A DNA stretch of 64,000 nucleotides from Eledone cirrhosa (taxonomy: Eukaryota). The position numbers were made by a program, and so were the translations under genes. The DNA lies in NCBI GenBank assembly GCA_964016885.1, contig OZ024742.1:121396001-121460000 (forward strand), in the 5' to 3' direction. The notes below the pieces were generated by a model that saw only the letters and a list, made by a program, of their open reading frames with translations, ran no database searches and was not told the origin of the DNA. Below, in pieces: positions 34,101 through 47,089 of this stretch (position 1 is its first letter; each line of letters opens with the position of its first letter).

Positions 34101-35711
34101 TGTTTGTCCTTGCCCTGATGCCCTTGACCATTACGCTGCGAAAAGTGAGAGCAGGATACAAGTTGGGAAGGAGAGAGCTTACCATCAATCACCTCCTCTT
34201 CATGGACGATCTTAAGCTCTTCGGGAAAAGTGAGAAGGAGTTGGATGTGCTTGTTGACACTGTCCGTATTTTCAGCAGTGATATATGTATGCAGTTTGGT
34301 ATTGGTAAATGTGGAGTCATTGTGATGAGGAGGGGTAGGTTGAGCAGAAGTAACGGGATCCAGATACCAACAGGTGAAATGATAAAGGAAATTGACTCTG
34401 AGGAAGGATATAAGTATTTGGGCGTTCTGGAGGCTGATGGCATAAAGAACAAAAAAATGAAGGAATTGTTAAGAACTGAATACATTCGGAGAGTAAGGAG
34501 CGTATTGAAGTCACATCTGAACAGCAGAAATGCCATAAGCGCAGTAAATTCCCGAGCTGTGTCTATTATTAGGTACAGTGCGGGAATTCTGAGATGGAAT
34601 GTTGCTGAACAAAAAGAAATGGATAGGAAGACTAGGAAGCTATTGACTATCTACAACATGTTCCACAAGAGGAGTGATGTCGATAAACTCTACCTAAGGA
34701 GATCTGAGGGTGGAAGAGGTCTTATCAGCATAGAGGACTGTGTTCAGATGGAGAAAAACAACCTATACAAATACGTGACCTATAGTAAGGAGCCAATGCT
34801 CAGAACTGTACTGAAGGAGGGGACAGTAGGCCAGGGGATGTCCAAGGAGGAAATAACATCAAGGAGGAAGAGCAGCCTTAAGGGAAAATCCCTTCATAGT
34901 ACCTTCTTTGAGAAAACTGAATTTAGAGATCCACAGACATGGAACTGGTTGAGAAGAGGAGACCTCAAAAAGGCTACAGAAGGAATGCTAATGGCTGCGC
35001 AGGAGCAGGCCCTCAAAACGAAGTGGTTGAAGCACCATATTTACAAGGAGGAGGCTAGCCCACTGTGCAGGATCTGTGGAGAGAGAGAGGAGACTGTGGC
35101 TCACATTGTGTCCGAGTGTAAACACCTAGCCCAGACCCACTATAAGGGCTGGAGACACGATGTGATGGGCAGGGTGATCCACTGGCACCTGTGCAAAGTA
35201 AACAATTTACCACATTCTGAGAAATGGTATGAGCATAGGCCAGAGGCGGTGATGGAGAACAATCAGGTGAAGGTGCTGTGGGATTTTAGGATACAGACGG
35301 ACAAAAAACTGGAACACAATAGACCTGACCTGGTGGTTGTGGACAAAGAAAAAAGATCGTGTCTGATTGTGGATGTGGCCTGCCCGTTCGACACGAGAGT
35401 GCAAGAGAAGGAGAGGGAGAAAATTAACCGATACCAGGACCTAAAGTGGGAGGTGAAAAGGATTTGGAACTGCCATGAAGTCAAAGTGATCCCGATTGTC
35501 ATAGGCGCACTGGGGACTATCTCCAAAAGTTTCCAGGGATGGTTAAAGAAAATCCGCCCCTTCACGCTTTTTGGAACGCTTCAAAAGGCATGCTTGCTTG
35601 GAACAGCAAGAACCCTCCGATACGTCCTGAATATCTGAGGCTGCAGGTAGTGGCTTGATATTCAATCCAACGGACTTTCCAGTTAACCAACATCAATGAC
35701 TGAGATTCAAG

Positions 35712-35712
<1 letters not shown>
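31169..35712 (+). mobile_element. R4/Dong-type RLE retrotransposon, full length (subfamily a)
   Basis: (AAT)n | 1.08-kb leader | single ORF | about 75-nt 3' UTR | (AAT)n 35713-35759. Confidence 0.94.
32246..35638 (+). CDS. intact Dong/R4 polyprotein (Myb-like N-terminus, RT, CCHC, restriction-like endonuclease), 1130 aa
   Basis: RTNWTKELN..CY..S.P..RGY..RM..IW N-terminal block; RT motifs with FMDD; CRICGEREETVAHIVSEC; RHD; RPDLVVVD...DVACP...EKINRY. Confidence 0.95.
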   Translation: METRTSCDRLSPNRCPLAQQQEPDCQPNTADVGGRRRRKGARTNWTKELNRTVMQCYLKSNPKERGYRRRMHNIWNEIGLFKLDEQKLAGQARVIRTNGWISELELEELSRENGLEMAGVVCQTSEPVGNEGEEVLRTEEPPEADNDLNTEINNTWNRDTATEEMNADGLGQDSVDILNLVVDELNNDSGRPMNLRFVDRKKLKETTAKVNKVIPYLEARSLHQCNNILKATANTVRKLLGIKARGNNRQERAEPWWKKRLSGQIGEMRNDIGKLESLLNGTLKNIGTKNRLEIKYKTRRKKLNIIIEELKQRIVAKSAKIRRYENRVSQYKQNRMFDNNQKMLFGQLEGKERGNDLIPGAEQTKTFWRGIWEQDVRHNVQAGWIETVQREIGEQAQQQTDFSITVETLKGQAKKLTNWKSPGPDGVQGYWIKHLTSLHPKLTAMFNDCLVSGEVPEWLTKGTTVLIMKDRIKGNDVTNYRPITCLSVMWKLLTSIVSEEIYHHLHTNNLLPDEQKGCRKKSRGTKDQLLIDKMVMGNCRRRHTDLAMGWIDYRKAFDMVPHSWITKSLEIFRVADNIRQLLGRSMGSWETELTSTGVSLGSVKIKRGIFQGDSLSPLLFVLALMPLTITLRKVRAGYKLGRRELTINHLLFMDDLKLFGKSEKELDVLVDTVRIFSSDICMQFGIGKCGVIVMRRGRLSRSNGIQIPTGEMIKEIDSEEGYKYLGVLEADGIKNKKMKELLRTEYIRRVRSVLKSHLNSRNAISAVNSRAVSIIRYSAGILRWNVAEQKEMDRKTRKLLTIYNMFHKRSDVDKLYLRRSEGGRGLISIEDCVQMEKNNLYKYVTYSKEPMLRTVLKEGTVGQGMSKEEITSRRKSSLKGKSLHSTFFEKTEFRDPQTWNWLRRGDLKKATEGMLMAAQEQALKTKWLKHHIYKEEASPLCRICGEREETVAHIVSECKHLAQTHYKGWRHDVMGRVIHWHLCKVNNLPHSEKWYEHRPEAVMENNQVKVLWDFRIQTDKKLEHNRPDLVVVDKEKRSCLIVDVACPFDTRVQEKEREKINRYQDLKWEVKRIWNCHEVKVIPIVIGALGTISKSFQGWLKKIRPFTLFGTLQKACLLGTARTLRYVLNI

Positions 35713-35759
<47 letters not shown>

Positions 35760-35760
<1 letters not shown>

Positions 35761-38700
35761 TCGAAATAATTACCCCATGGCGGTTAAGGATAAAATACAA
35801 CAAAATAAATCCAATGTCAAATAATAAAAATTCATACCGGATCGGCCGTCACCCGGGTCAACAAGAGCCACGTCCCTCAGAGAGGAACCAGACTGGGGTC
35901 GAAAAATCAGCTAATGGTTCAAACCTTTCCATCATTTCGGTGCTGGAGACCTCCAATAACCGTAATGATCCAACTGATGGCCCTTCATCCCCACCACCAA
36001 GAAATCCAAAGAAAAGAGAGAAAAATGGTCAAGGGAAGACAACAAAGAAGTCCTTGAGGATTTCTACACTGCCATGTAGATTGAATACAGAACAAACATA
36101 TATCAACTGGAAAAAGAAACATCCTGAAAACAGAAACTATATTGACAGTAACAAACTAGCTAATATACGAAGAAGCACTGTTAGGAAGAACTGACATAGA
36201 AATTGATCAGATCAAGTAATTAGCGCAAAGTCATCGAAAGGAAAATGAAACATGTGCCTGTGAAAACGAAGTGAATTGTAACACCTTAAATCCCAGGGAG
36301 GGGGTGGAATTACTAACAGCAAAACAAATTAATGAAAGGGTCGAAAAAGTGCAAGGAGTGCATGTTCAAGATGAAATTCAAAATAAAAACAATGAGATCA
36401 TCAATGATAAAGAAATGAATGCGAATGAACTCGCTAACTTGAAGAATGAAATTATGATCGAATGGATGAAAATGAAAGAATCTGACATGGAGGAACGAGA
36501 CACCCTCCCTAAGATCCGGAACTCCAAACAAAAGCAAAGGATAATACACAAGATTCACATAGCTCTCAAAGACATTATCACCACAAATAAACTAAACATT
36601 ACTGAATTAAATTATGTTTATTATGAACCAGCTAAAGTCACTACTCACTTATGAGGAGTGACAATGCAATAACAAAGGAATGCTCTCAAAAAACCTACTT
36701 GACAAGAGAACATCAATCGCCAAATAAACCTTCTTCGATCTGACATAGACATTTTAGCAAACTACAAAGTAGGTGAACATGTTAAACAAACTAAACTCAG
36801 AAAATTGAAAAGAAAATACAATATGAAATCAATAAGTGACATAGACATGATGATAGAAACAATCAAGCAAAAAGTGTCGGCCAAAGTTGCTCGTATAAGG
36901 CGCTTTGAAAAACGCTCTAGACAATAATATGTTCAAAAACAACCAAAATAACTTCTACAGAAAAATTGGCAAGTCAACAATAACTGCTAAATGAAAAGCA
37001 TCCAAGGATGAAGTGCAAAAATTCTGGAAAAAGATTTGGTCTGAAGAAAAAGTTCATAATATACATGCTCCATGGATAGAGAGACAAATGAAAGATACAG
37101 TTCACCTTGAGGAACAAACATGGGAATATATAAGAGTTGAACATCTGCGTTTATCTATTAGAAAATCCAGCAAATGAAAATCCCCAGGGAAAGACAAAAT
37201 ATTAAATGTTTGGATAAATGCCTTCACAGAGTCTCATGAGCTATTAGCCGAACGTTACAATGAAATGGTTAAGGAGCCAGAAAAGATACCGTCATGGCTA
37301 GTTAACGGCATTACATTCTTAATTCCGAAGAATGATGAGACAAATGATCCAAAAAATTACAGACCGATAACTTGCTTAACCACAATATATAAAATCTTAA
37401 CATCAATCCTAACTGAATATACATATGATCACCTGATAACAAATGACCTATTTCTCAATGAGCAGAAAGGATATAAACGAGGCTCATGTGGCTGTAAGGA
37501 TCAGCTTTTGATTAACAAAATGATAGTGGAAGATTGTCATAATAGACACAAAAATCTATCAATTGCTTGGATAGATTACAAAAAAGCATTCGATAGTTTG
37601 CCACACACTTAGATTGAAAAATGTTTAGAAATTTTCAAAATATCTTCCGTTGTCAGGAGGTTCTTGTCATTCAGTATGAAAGTATGGAAAGCAACACTCA
37701 TTTTGAACAGTGAAAAAAAAATCACTGGAAGCTGGAGAAGTTAATATTAATTGTGAAATATTTCAGGGTGACTCTTTATCATCGCTTTTATTCTGCATCG
37801 CACTTATACCATTAAGTAAAATGCTCAATGAAACAAAACATGGATATAAAGTCTATGAGAAAACCCTTAATCACCTGTTCTACATGGATGACCTGAAGCT
37901 ATTTGCAAAAAATGATGAGCAATTGCAAGGGCTATTATCCACTGTGGAGCAGTTCAGTGATGATATTAAAATGAAGTTTGGACTAGATAAATGCACCAAA
38001 GCCACGTTCATCAGAGGAAAGCTGCTGAGAAATTCAGACATTAATCTTGATCGAGGGCATGTGATAAGAGAACTTGATCAAGAAGAAACTTATAAATATC
38101 TAGGTGTTTGTGAAGGAGACGGAATCAAGCACTCGACAATGAGGGAAATGATAAGGAAGGAATGTTACCGCAGAGTAATTCTAAGAACGAATTTGAATGC
38201 AAGGAATAGGGTCGATGCCATAAACACACTTCCCATACCAGTAGTAATCTACAGTTTCAATGTCATCAACTGGTCAAGCACAAAGATCCATAAACTCTAC
38301 GTAAATTATAAAATTCTTAACTATGCACAGAATGCATCACTCTAAGGCAGATACAGATAGAATATATCTCCCTAGGAAAGAAGGAGGACGTGGATTAATC
38401 CAGTTAGATATTTCTTTGAAAAATGGAACAATTGGATTATCTACATATCTAAAGGAATCACATGATTGGATGATCAAACTCGTTTTAAGACACGAAAGCA
38501 ACAAAAGATCATACTCCATTACAAAAGATGCATATAGATACAGTAATGGACTACAAATTTCAGAAGTCCCATTTACTGCTGAAATGAAAAACACGGAAAA
38601 AGCAAAGCAGGTAAAAGTAACTGCAAAGAAAGAATTGCTACAGAAACTGGCTAAGAAATGGCAAGAAAAGCCTCTGTATGGAAAATACCCAGAGCGAGCT

Positions 38701-39515
38701 AACAATCCTGATGTTGACAAAACTTTAACCCATCAGTGGTTGGCATCCTCTGGACTGAAATCGGAGACTGAAGGACTGATTATATCAGCACAAGATCAGT
38801 GTCTGCCAACAAAATATTACCAAGCCAACATAATAAAAAATGGATGCAACCCATTATGCCGTGTATGTAAAAAACAACCAGAGACCATTGATCATATAAT
38901 TTCAATGTGCAGTCCTATAGCTCCAACCGAATACCTAAACAGGCATGACAGAGCTGCACAATACATACATTGGATAATGTGTAAGCATTTTGACCTGCCC
39001 CATCAAAAGAATTGGTGGGAGCATCAACCACCTCCCATACTTGAAAAAGATCACATCTCAATCTTGTGGAACTTTAGCGTCCAGACAGACCGAAAAATAG
39101 ATGCAAATAGACCTGATATAATACTGAAGGACTTCTAATTGATATGTCCGTTCCAATAGACAAGAATGTATCTATAAAAACATTTGAAAAATTAAGCAAG
39201 TATAAAAATCTGGAAATAGAGATTGGAAAACTGTAAGTTGAGAACTAATATAATACCAGTGGCTGAAGGCGCTCTAGGACCTAAGGGGTTTAATGATTAC
39301 TTATCCTAAATCCCAGGAAACCCCCGTATAGAAGAAATACAACATATAGTATGGGAACTGCCCATATACTAAGGAAGATTCTGTCAATATAAATACATCA
39401 CAGGTTTAAACACTTAAAGATACACGTGTGTGTCTCTTGAGGTCACTGGTTCTGACTTGGTGATAACTCGTATGAACATAAAGCAAGCTAAATGCCAAAC
39501 AAAAAAAAAAAAATG
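35760..39515 (+). pseudogene. old, decayed R4/Dong element of a second family
   Basis: ORF fragments NYRPITCL, KDQLLINKM, WIDYKKAFD, IFQGDSLS, LFYMDD, CRVC..ETIDHI, RHD, RPDII with many stops; ends in an A-run and degenerate (GAT/AAT)n. Confidence 0.9.
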
Positions 39516-39599
39516 CTGATAATGAGGATGTTGATGATGGTGATAATGGAGGTGATTTTATTTTTCACGTAATTGAAAGATTAGACAATAAATACGCAG

Positions 39600-41800
39600 G
39601 AAAATCTACAAAGTATCAAATCTAAAAGAATACTAATCGATCTAGTCAACAACCTCTGCAACAAACGTTTCTAATTTATTATGTAAGAATTCATGAAATA
39701 ATGATCTGATATCACTCTTCCATTTGATATTTCAGTGTGTCAATAATATCATTTGATTCTAAAAAGCCTTATGCTTGCAATATTTGATATAAAAAGATTT
39801 GAAATAAATTGAGTTTTAAGATAATACGCTTTCATAAAAATATTGTAAATATATTTTGCTATTAAATTTCAAAATTGCATGTTAAATTTCAAAATTGTGT
39901 ATAACTGTTAGGATATAATAATTTTACCGTTGTTTGCATACATATTTTAAGAATAACTTCAAAGTGTGGTATATCAAATAATTTTAATAGTTCGTTGGAA
40001 CAGTGTTTAGAAAAGAGAAATAAGGATTTGAACAATTCTTTTTAAAATTTTCAGTTAATCGATAATATTTAACTTGTATTATAATTGATAAAATCAATTC
40101 CATAAAATAAAGATAACAACTGAGTTTTCAAAATATATCCAATGGAGGAAGGATGATAATGAATACCCTTCGAGTGAAAGAATCCAATTTTCTGCTGAAT
40201 TTGGTTCAATTTGAGCGTAATAGATGAGTGTAAAAGTAATTTGTCTCTACTATTCCATTTAAGATACGACATATTCATGTTGTAATTTGATATTAATTCC
40301 ATTTAATTTTAACTGATAAAAAGGAATGAGTTCTTTCAAATAATGTATAATAACCGTTATAGTTGGATTTAATTTGATCTTCAATTCTTAACAGAATTCT
40401 GCGCTGCTACTAAACACATTTTGTAGTCGACACAGTGCACTGCATAACAGCACCTATATACATATTTTAATTGAAGTACTAAAAAAGCTTCATTTTAACA
40501 TTTGTAAAAAAGAAAAAATCATTCATATAAGAAGTAAATAAAATGGGACAAAATCCTACAGTGTTTTCCTAATTTTCTGAGTCATATGAAATATGAAACC
40601 TAGATTGGAAATAATTATACGTTTTCCAAATGGGAAAATCATAAATATGATTTTTATTTCATTCACATGTCATGTTATATATAAATTAATTTTGCCCTGT
40701 ACAGGTCACAAAGCGATTAAATTTTTTTCTAGATATAAATTTTATTCCACAATTTTAAAATGGATTATCTAATCTTTGCAATAAAAATGAAAAAAAGATA
40801 GAGAAAAAATTAAATAGTGAAAGTAAGGGAAAGGGAGAGGGAGTGGTTAAGGCCTTATATCTTAGCTGTGACCCCAGGAAAAAGGGCGAAGGCATTGTCG
40901 CGGGAAAACAGCCAGCGACACCCATGATATCAATTACTGCACCTCATGGGGTACCTTTCGTCAGGCAGGATACAGGCCTTTCAATTTTGCGGAGGAAAAC
41001 AGCAGTTCAGGAAGAAGGAACTCCAGAGGTCTCGTTGGCGATTGACACAAAAAGGAAGTGAATTCCATCCCACCACACTTTGTTGAAAACAGTTTTGATA
41101 TCCAAGGAAGCAATATAAATATTCTGATTGTTTTGACAATGTTGAATTATTTCCCTTACAAGAAATCTCTCTTTCATGATTTATGGATTCCTTTTCCTGT
41201 TGTAATTTGGATGACTAGTGTAAAGGTCGAGAAAGTTCGAATATCAACTTTTAAAACTTTTGCTAAAGTAGAGCTAAAAGAAATTCCTCTATATTTCTTA
41301 CAATCTGTATATCTTTTAGTGATTGCCTTTAATCAAGGCAATCACTAAAAGATAAAATTATCACATAAAATTATTGGTACGAATTGTTGTTGAAAAATGT
41401 TCTTGTAGAATGTTGACTTGATCTGAATAAGAATTGGTTCTTAACAATATATAAAATGTTCAGTAAATAGACCATCTAAACCACATGATTTATTGTTGTA
41501 CAATTGTTGAACAGCCTTCTTAATATTTGAAGTAGAAGTAGAATTTGACGATTGATTGAAATATGCTTTGATCGGTAACAAAATTTCTGATTGTTCTTGC
41601 GTAGCATTTGGATAAAGTTCTTGAAATACTCAATGTAAATTATTTTCTTTTTCAGATATTTTACTTCTCTTTTCTTTTATGTCATTTTCTTTGGTAGAAT
41701 TATATAAAACAATTTGATATGAACCTTGAGACAGGCAATATTATTTTTTAAAATAATATTTTACTTTTTTCTCGTACTAATTTGAAATTCCATCATGATT
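39600..41800 (-). pseudogene. possible highly decayed AT-rich LINE remnant
   Basis: Purine/pyrimidine strand bias and weak RT-like traces (YFSKSF near 41260, TGKGI near 41190); no coherent ORF. Confidence 0.25.
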
Positions 41801-41834
41801 TATGAGGGCATTATTTTATTCTTTGATTCTTTTA

Positions 41835-42383
<549 letters not shown>

Positions 42384-43379
42384 TGTTTAATATATTTTAT
42401 ATTAAAAAGTTTATGTTGTTTACTGGACTTATAAAATGAGGCTTATTGTTAATCTTCTTTTGTATGTAGGTATAAACCCTCAACTCGTGGAGGAGTCGTA
42501 GAGACACCGCAGTGACTTATAGCATTTCCTTGGAATTTTAAGAGCTAGAATGAATACCACAAAACATTCTATTTGATGTTTTAACGGTCCTGACATTTCT
42601 CTACCTCTTCATCTTCCTTTAATACATTAAAATTAAACTTACATTGTTAATTATTTTGTAATGGAATTTCATATTAGTATAAATATTTCTTAATAAATTC
42701 ACTGTATTTTAGAGTAGCTAGTAAAGAAAACAACTTTTGTCTTGAGTGCATTGTTTGTTTGGAATATATGTTATATATATATATTCAGAACACATATAGC
42801 AGATATTGAAAACAAGGTAAAATTTGAAACTTGAAGCAATAAATAATCACTATGATTATTTATATGCTCTTCATGAATTTTTGTATCATCAAAGAAGTCT
42901 TTGTTGAGAATAAAATGATCAATAAATGATGATGTAGTCCAAATTCTAGACGTAAGAGTATATTGTGTATCTATTGATGAGTGTAATTCTAGAGTGAATT
43001 CTCGAATCGATAGGGCATCGAATTAACAATGCGTCAGTATTTGTTCCGATATTTTGCGTTCTGAATTCAAATAAAACCGAGGTTAACGCTACCTGTCATT
43101 CTTTGGAGGTCGATAAATAAAGTTCTGTTCTAAACCAGTAATGGGATAATCGGTCCTTCCTCTTAACTGTCGATATATGATTATGTTAACTAGTGGGCAG
43201 CTGCTTGTCTGCTCATATATGTAACGGTTGGTAACAGCCAGTTCTGCTGATGTTAAATATGATCCTTAAAAACTGAGTTTGAAAGTCATTAATTTACTTC
43301 TGTAATGTCTTTGTGTTGGTGTACGACTCAGTTGCATAGAGAAAAGACTGGAAGTCAAGTACCAGCATCACCTTAAAAC

Positions 43380-44300
43380 ATTGATTTTTAGTGTGATGCT
43401 GGTACTTGACTTCCAGATATTTCCCAGTTTCTAAAAGGTTGTTGAATCCTTCATGGCATCGTTGACAAAAGACTCTACTTACTGAAAATGGTCAATGACG
43501 TCAAGTGCTATTCCATCTATGGTTATATTAGCGTGGTCGATATTTTTCACAATGACTTCTATTTGTTTATGTTAATTAACAGGCCTACTCATTCAGCTGT
43601 GGAGACCAGTATGTGAAGTTGCTTCTGGCTGCTTTCGGTTTTATTCTCCTACAGGCCGATGTCATCACCCGTTTTACAGGATATCTTTTGAATTGCTGCT
43701 CATGTGTGATAAAGCCAAGATAACCGGCGTTGACGTTTCTCATCACCTAGTCAATCACAGCGATGAAACGATAAACCATCAGAACATCGCCTTGGAAAGC
43801 GCCAGTTGAAATTGTCAGTTCACCAACAATGACTGATGATGGCTTTGGTTAGGCTTTCAAGAATACATAGTGTCTCAAAATTCTGAAGAGGACATTTTGA
43901 TCTATTGAATCGAAAACCTTCTTAAAATCCATGAAAATGGTTCTAATATCCCGCATAGAGAGGAAATGTACTCAACATATCCCCTGACTGGCCAGAAAAG
44001 AATCTGATTTACATTGAGCTCCTTAGCTAACTCACACATGATTCGATCTAAAAGCAACCTGTTCATTAGAGTGATACCTCTGTATTTCTAAATTGTTGTG
44101 GTCCCATTTCTAAGGAAGAGGCACTACGGTGTTTTTGACCCGGTCAGTCGGTGACTTTAGCTGGATTTTGACCATGTTGGTGAGTATTAGGAGTCGAAAT
44201 TCTAGAGCGCTGTTACCATATTTGAAACTCAGGGGCTTTGTAATTTTTCATTGTTTTAATATTTCAGTCTTAGTGAAATCCCTTGTGTTAATGTTGAAAT
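43380..44300 (-). pseudogene. decayed RTE-like reverse transcriptase fragment
   Basis: Ordered motifs on the minus strand: YRGITLM (about 44080), IFMDFKKVFDSID (about 43920), GAFQGDVL (about 43795), GDDIGL (about 43660), KYL(G)S (about 43415). Confidence 0.75.
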
Positions 44301-45453
44301 CATGTTGAGCGAGGGAAGTTTTCTTTTGTTGATGTAGCTGCTGGAACAATTAGTATATTTGATAAATAGTATCTATTTCTTTTAAAAGTTCGATTCAGGA
44401 TATTTTCCGCCTGAATATGAGTTTAATATTCTATTTAGGAAATATAATTGTTCTCGATATAGTCCATTTGTTTCTTGGTGACAACTGGTTAAAAATGCTC
44501 CATAAATATAGTAGATATTTTTGTTTAAAGATACGCAAATTAAAATGCCAAATTCCCAATCTAATACTCCTTGAAATGCTCTGAACTGATGATGAAAAAG
44601 AAATTAGCCCTCGCTGGTCTACCTATATTTGTATGATCGTATTCTAGCTGAAGAAGAAAGAAAACAAAGTAAACAAACAAAAACAAAAACTAAACTAATT
44701 TATGTTGTGGACAAGTTTGTGACAATAAATGTTGGGTGCAATCTGAGTGACAATGTTCTGTATTTTTTCTAAAACCTTCGAATGTAAAATGAATTTGTTA
44801 TAAAACAATTGTAGTTATATGTACCCATAGTTAAATCAATCATCGATTACTTTTAACTATTTCTTCAGGTTATCTAAATACATTGTTAAATAGTTATATC
44901 ATTTACCAATAAATGTGGATAAGAATATCGCTCTTTCTACTCCCATTCCAAAGAAACTTTCATATTAATAGTTCAATAATTTAAAAATTCCGATTCTATT
45001 GTTTGTAACCACAACGGAGTGGAGGGTTTTCTTTTTCAAGCGTTCACGGGTTTTATCGTCCTTGGTCAAAGGTCCTAACCGACTAATAAAACCATGAAAT
45101 ATTCTATTGTTAGAAACGCTTCCTTAATAAAATGAGATTTATTTCACATGAAGGGGGTCTGAGGTTTGTTTACATTTTTTTCGTTGTGTTGAAATCCATT
45201 CTTCTATTTTTGCACGGATATTCCAATTATTGGTTTTTATAACCTCTGCATAACTAACCTTTATAGTCGCTGGTTTAATTAGCTGGTGATGTTTTCTGTT
45301 AATCTAATTGATAAGCGTGCAAATTGATTTTGTAGATTAGATTCTAGAATACTATTAACGATCTTATTTGCATCTTCAGGATTAAGTTATATCTAATGCT
45401 TTAATTATATAGTTTTTGTTGGTTAATCCTGTTTTGTAATTCTTGAATGTTTG

Positions 45454-45676
45454 ATTCTTCTTCTTCTTCTTCTTCTTCTTCTTCTTCTTCTTCTTCTTCT
45501 TCTTCTTCTTCTTCTTCTTCTTCTTCTTCTTCTTCTTCTTCTTCTTCTTCTTCTTCTTCTTCTTCTTCTTCTTCTTCTTCTTCTTCTTCTTCTTCTTCTT
45601 CTTCTTCTTCTTCGTCGTCGTCGTCGTCGTCTTCTTCTTCTTCTTCTTCTTCTTCTTCTTCTTCTTCTTCTTCTTC
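45454..45676. repeat. (TTC)n microsatellite with internal (TCG)n block
   Basis: Directly visible. Confidence 0.97.
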
Positions 45677-45697
45677 TAATTACAGACTGTGAGTAGA

Positions 45698-46515
45698 GGG
45701 TCGGGTGGCCGGATAGCAGGGTGGCAGGGTGGAGGGTGGAAGAGTGGTAGGGTGGCAGGGTGGTGGGGTGGCAGGGTGGTGGGGTGGGAAGATGGCAGGG
45801 TGGCAGGGTGGTAGGGTGGTAGGGTGGCCGGGTGACAGGGTGGCAGGGTGGGAAAGTGGTAGGGTGGCCAGGTGGCAGGGTGGCAGGGTGGCAGGGTGGC
45901 AGGGTGGCAGGGTGGTAGGGTGGCAGGGTGACAGGGTGGCAGGGTGGGAAGGTGGTAGGGTGGCAGGGTGGCAGGGTGGCAGGGTGGCAGGGTGGGAAGG
46001 TGGCAGGGTGGAAGGGTGGCAGGGTGGCAGGGTGACAGGGCGGCAGGGTGGGAAGGTGGTAGGGTGGCAGGGTGGGAAGGTGGTAGGTGGCAGGGTGGTG
46101 GGGTGGCAGAGTGGTCGGGTGACAGGATGGCGGGGTGGGAAGGTGGTAGGGTGGCAGGGTGGTGGAGTGGCAGCGTGGGTAGGTGGTAGGGTGGCAGGGT
46201 GGTGGGGTGGCAGGGTGGTCGGGTGACAGGGTGGCGGGGTGGGAAGGTGGTAGGGTGGCAGGGTGGTGGGGTGACAGGGTGGTGGGGTGACAGGGTCGTG
46301 GGGTGGAAGGGTGGTGAGGCGGCAGGGTGGGAAGGTGGCAAAGTGGTGGGGTAGCAGGGTGGGAAGGTGGCAGGGTGGGAAGGTGGCAGGGTGGTAAGGT
46401 GGCAGGGTGGCAGGGTGGTGGGGTGGCAGGGTGGGAAGGTGGCAGGGTGGCAGGGTGGCAGGGTGGGAAGGTGGCAGGGTGGTAAGGTGATAGGGTGGCA
46501 GGGTGGTGGGGTGGA
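45698..46515. repeat. G-rich minisatellite, unit about GGGTGGCA with variants
   Basis: About 100 degenerate 7-8 bp units. Confidence 0.95.
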
Positions 46516-46537
46516 AATGGTGGTTGTGGCACTGAAT

Positions 46538-46892
46538 ATAACAACAACAACAACAACAACAACGGCAATAATAACAATAACAACAATTGTAACAACAACA
46601 ACAACAACGGCAATAATAACAATAACAACAATTGTAACAACAACAACAACAACGGCAATAATAACAATAACAACAATTGTAACAACAACAACAACAACGG
46701 CAATAATAACAATAACAACAATTGTAACAACAACAACAACAACGGCATTAATAACAATAACAACAATTGTAACAACAATAACAATAATGATTTCATTTAT
46801 TAGCCACAAGGGCCGACATGTAGGGGACAATAATAACGATTTCATTTATTGGGCACAATATCAACAACAATAATTGTAACAACAACAACAAT

Positions 46893-46955
<63 letters not shown>

Positions 46956-46966
46956 AACAACAACAA
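46538..46966. repeat. (AAC)/(AAT) compound repeat with a 42-bp higher-order unit
   Basis: aacaacaacaacaacaacggcaataataacaataacaacaattgt-type unit about five times, then pure (AAC)n. Confidence 0.93.
46788..46858 (-). mobile_element. two very short Tx1-like 3' termini
   Basis: gatttcatttattagccacaaggg and gatttcatttattgggcacaa match the Tx1 end gatttctttattaaccacaaggg, each preceded by aataa(t/c). Confidence 0.65.
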
Positions 46967-47089
46967 TATTGATAACGTTTAATTGTTTCTACGTTAGGCA
47001 CAAGGCCAGCAATTACCCAGTGTATAATAAAAGAAAGAAAAGATAAAGAAAGCTGAATTTGAAATTATTCCATAATTTGTGATGTAGTC

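Noticed and set aside
44400-45440. L1-like ORF2 remnant (KFLWNG at about 44950, minus)
   Set aside because: A single short motif without supporting neighbours; insufficient to call.
46538-46790. Regular 42-bp repeats, and the repeated TSD-SINE-TSD arrays, as CRISPR-like
   Set aside because: No unique spacers, no cas genes, eukaryotic context.
45423-46873. Long ORFs (457, 389, 168 aa) rich in L/P/H/R
   Set aside because: They are translations of stop-free simple repeats.
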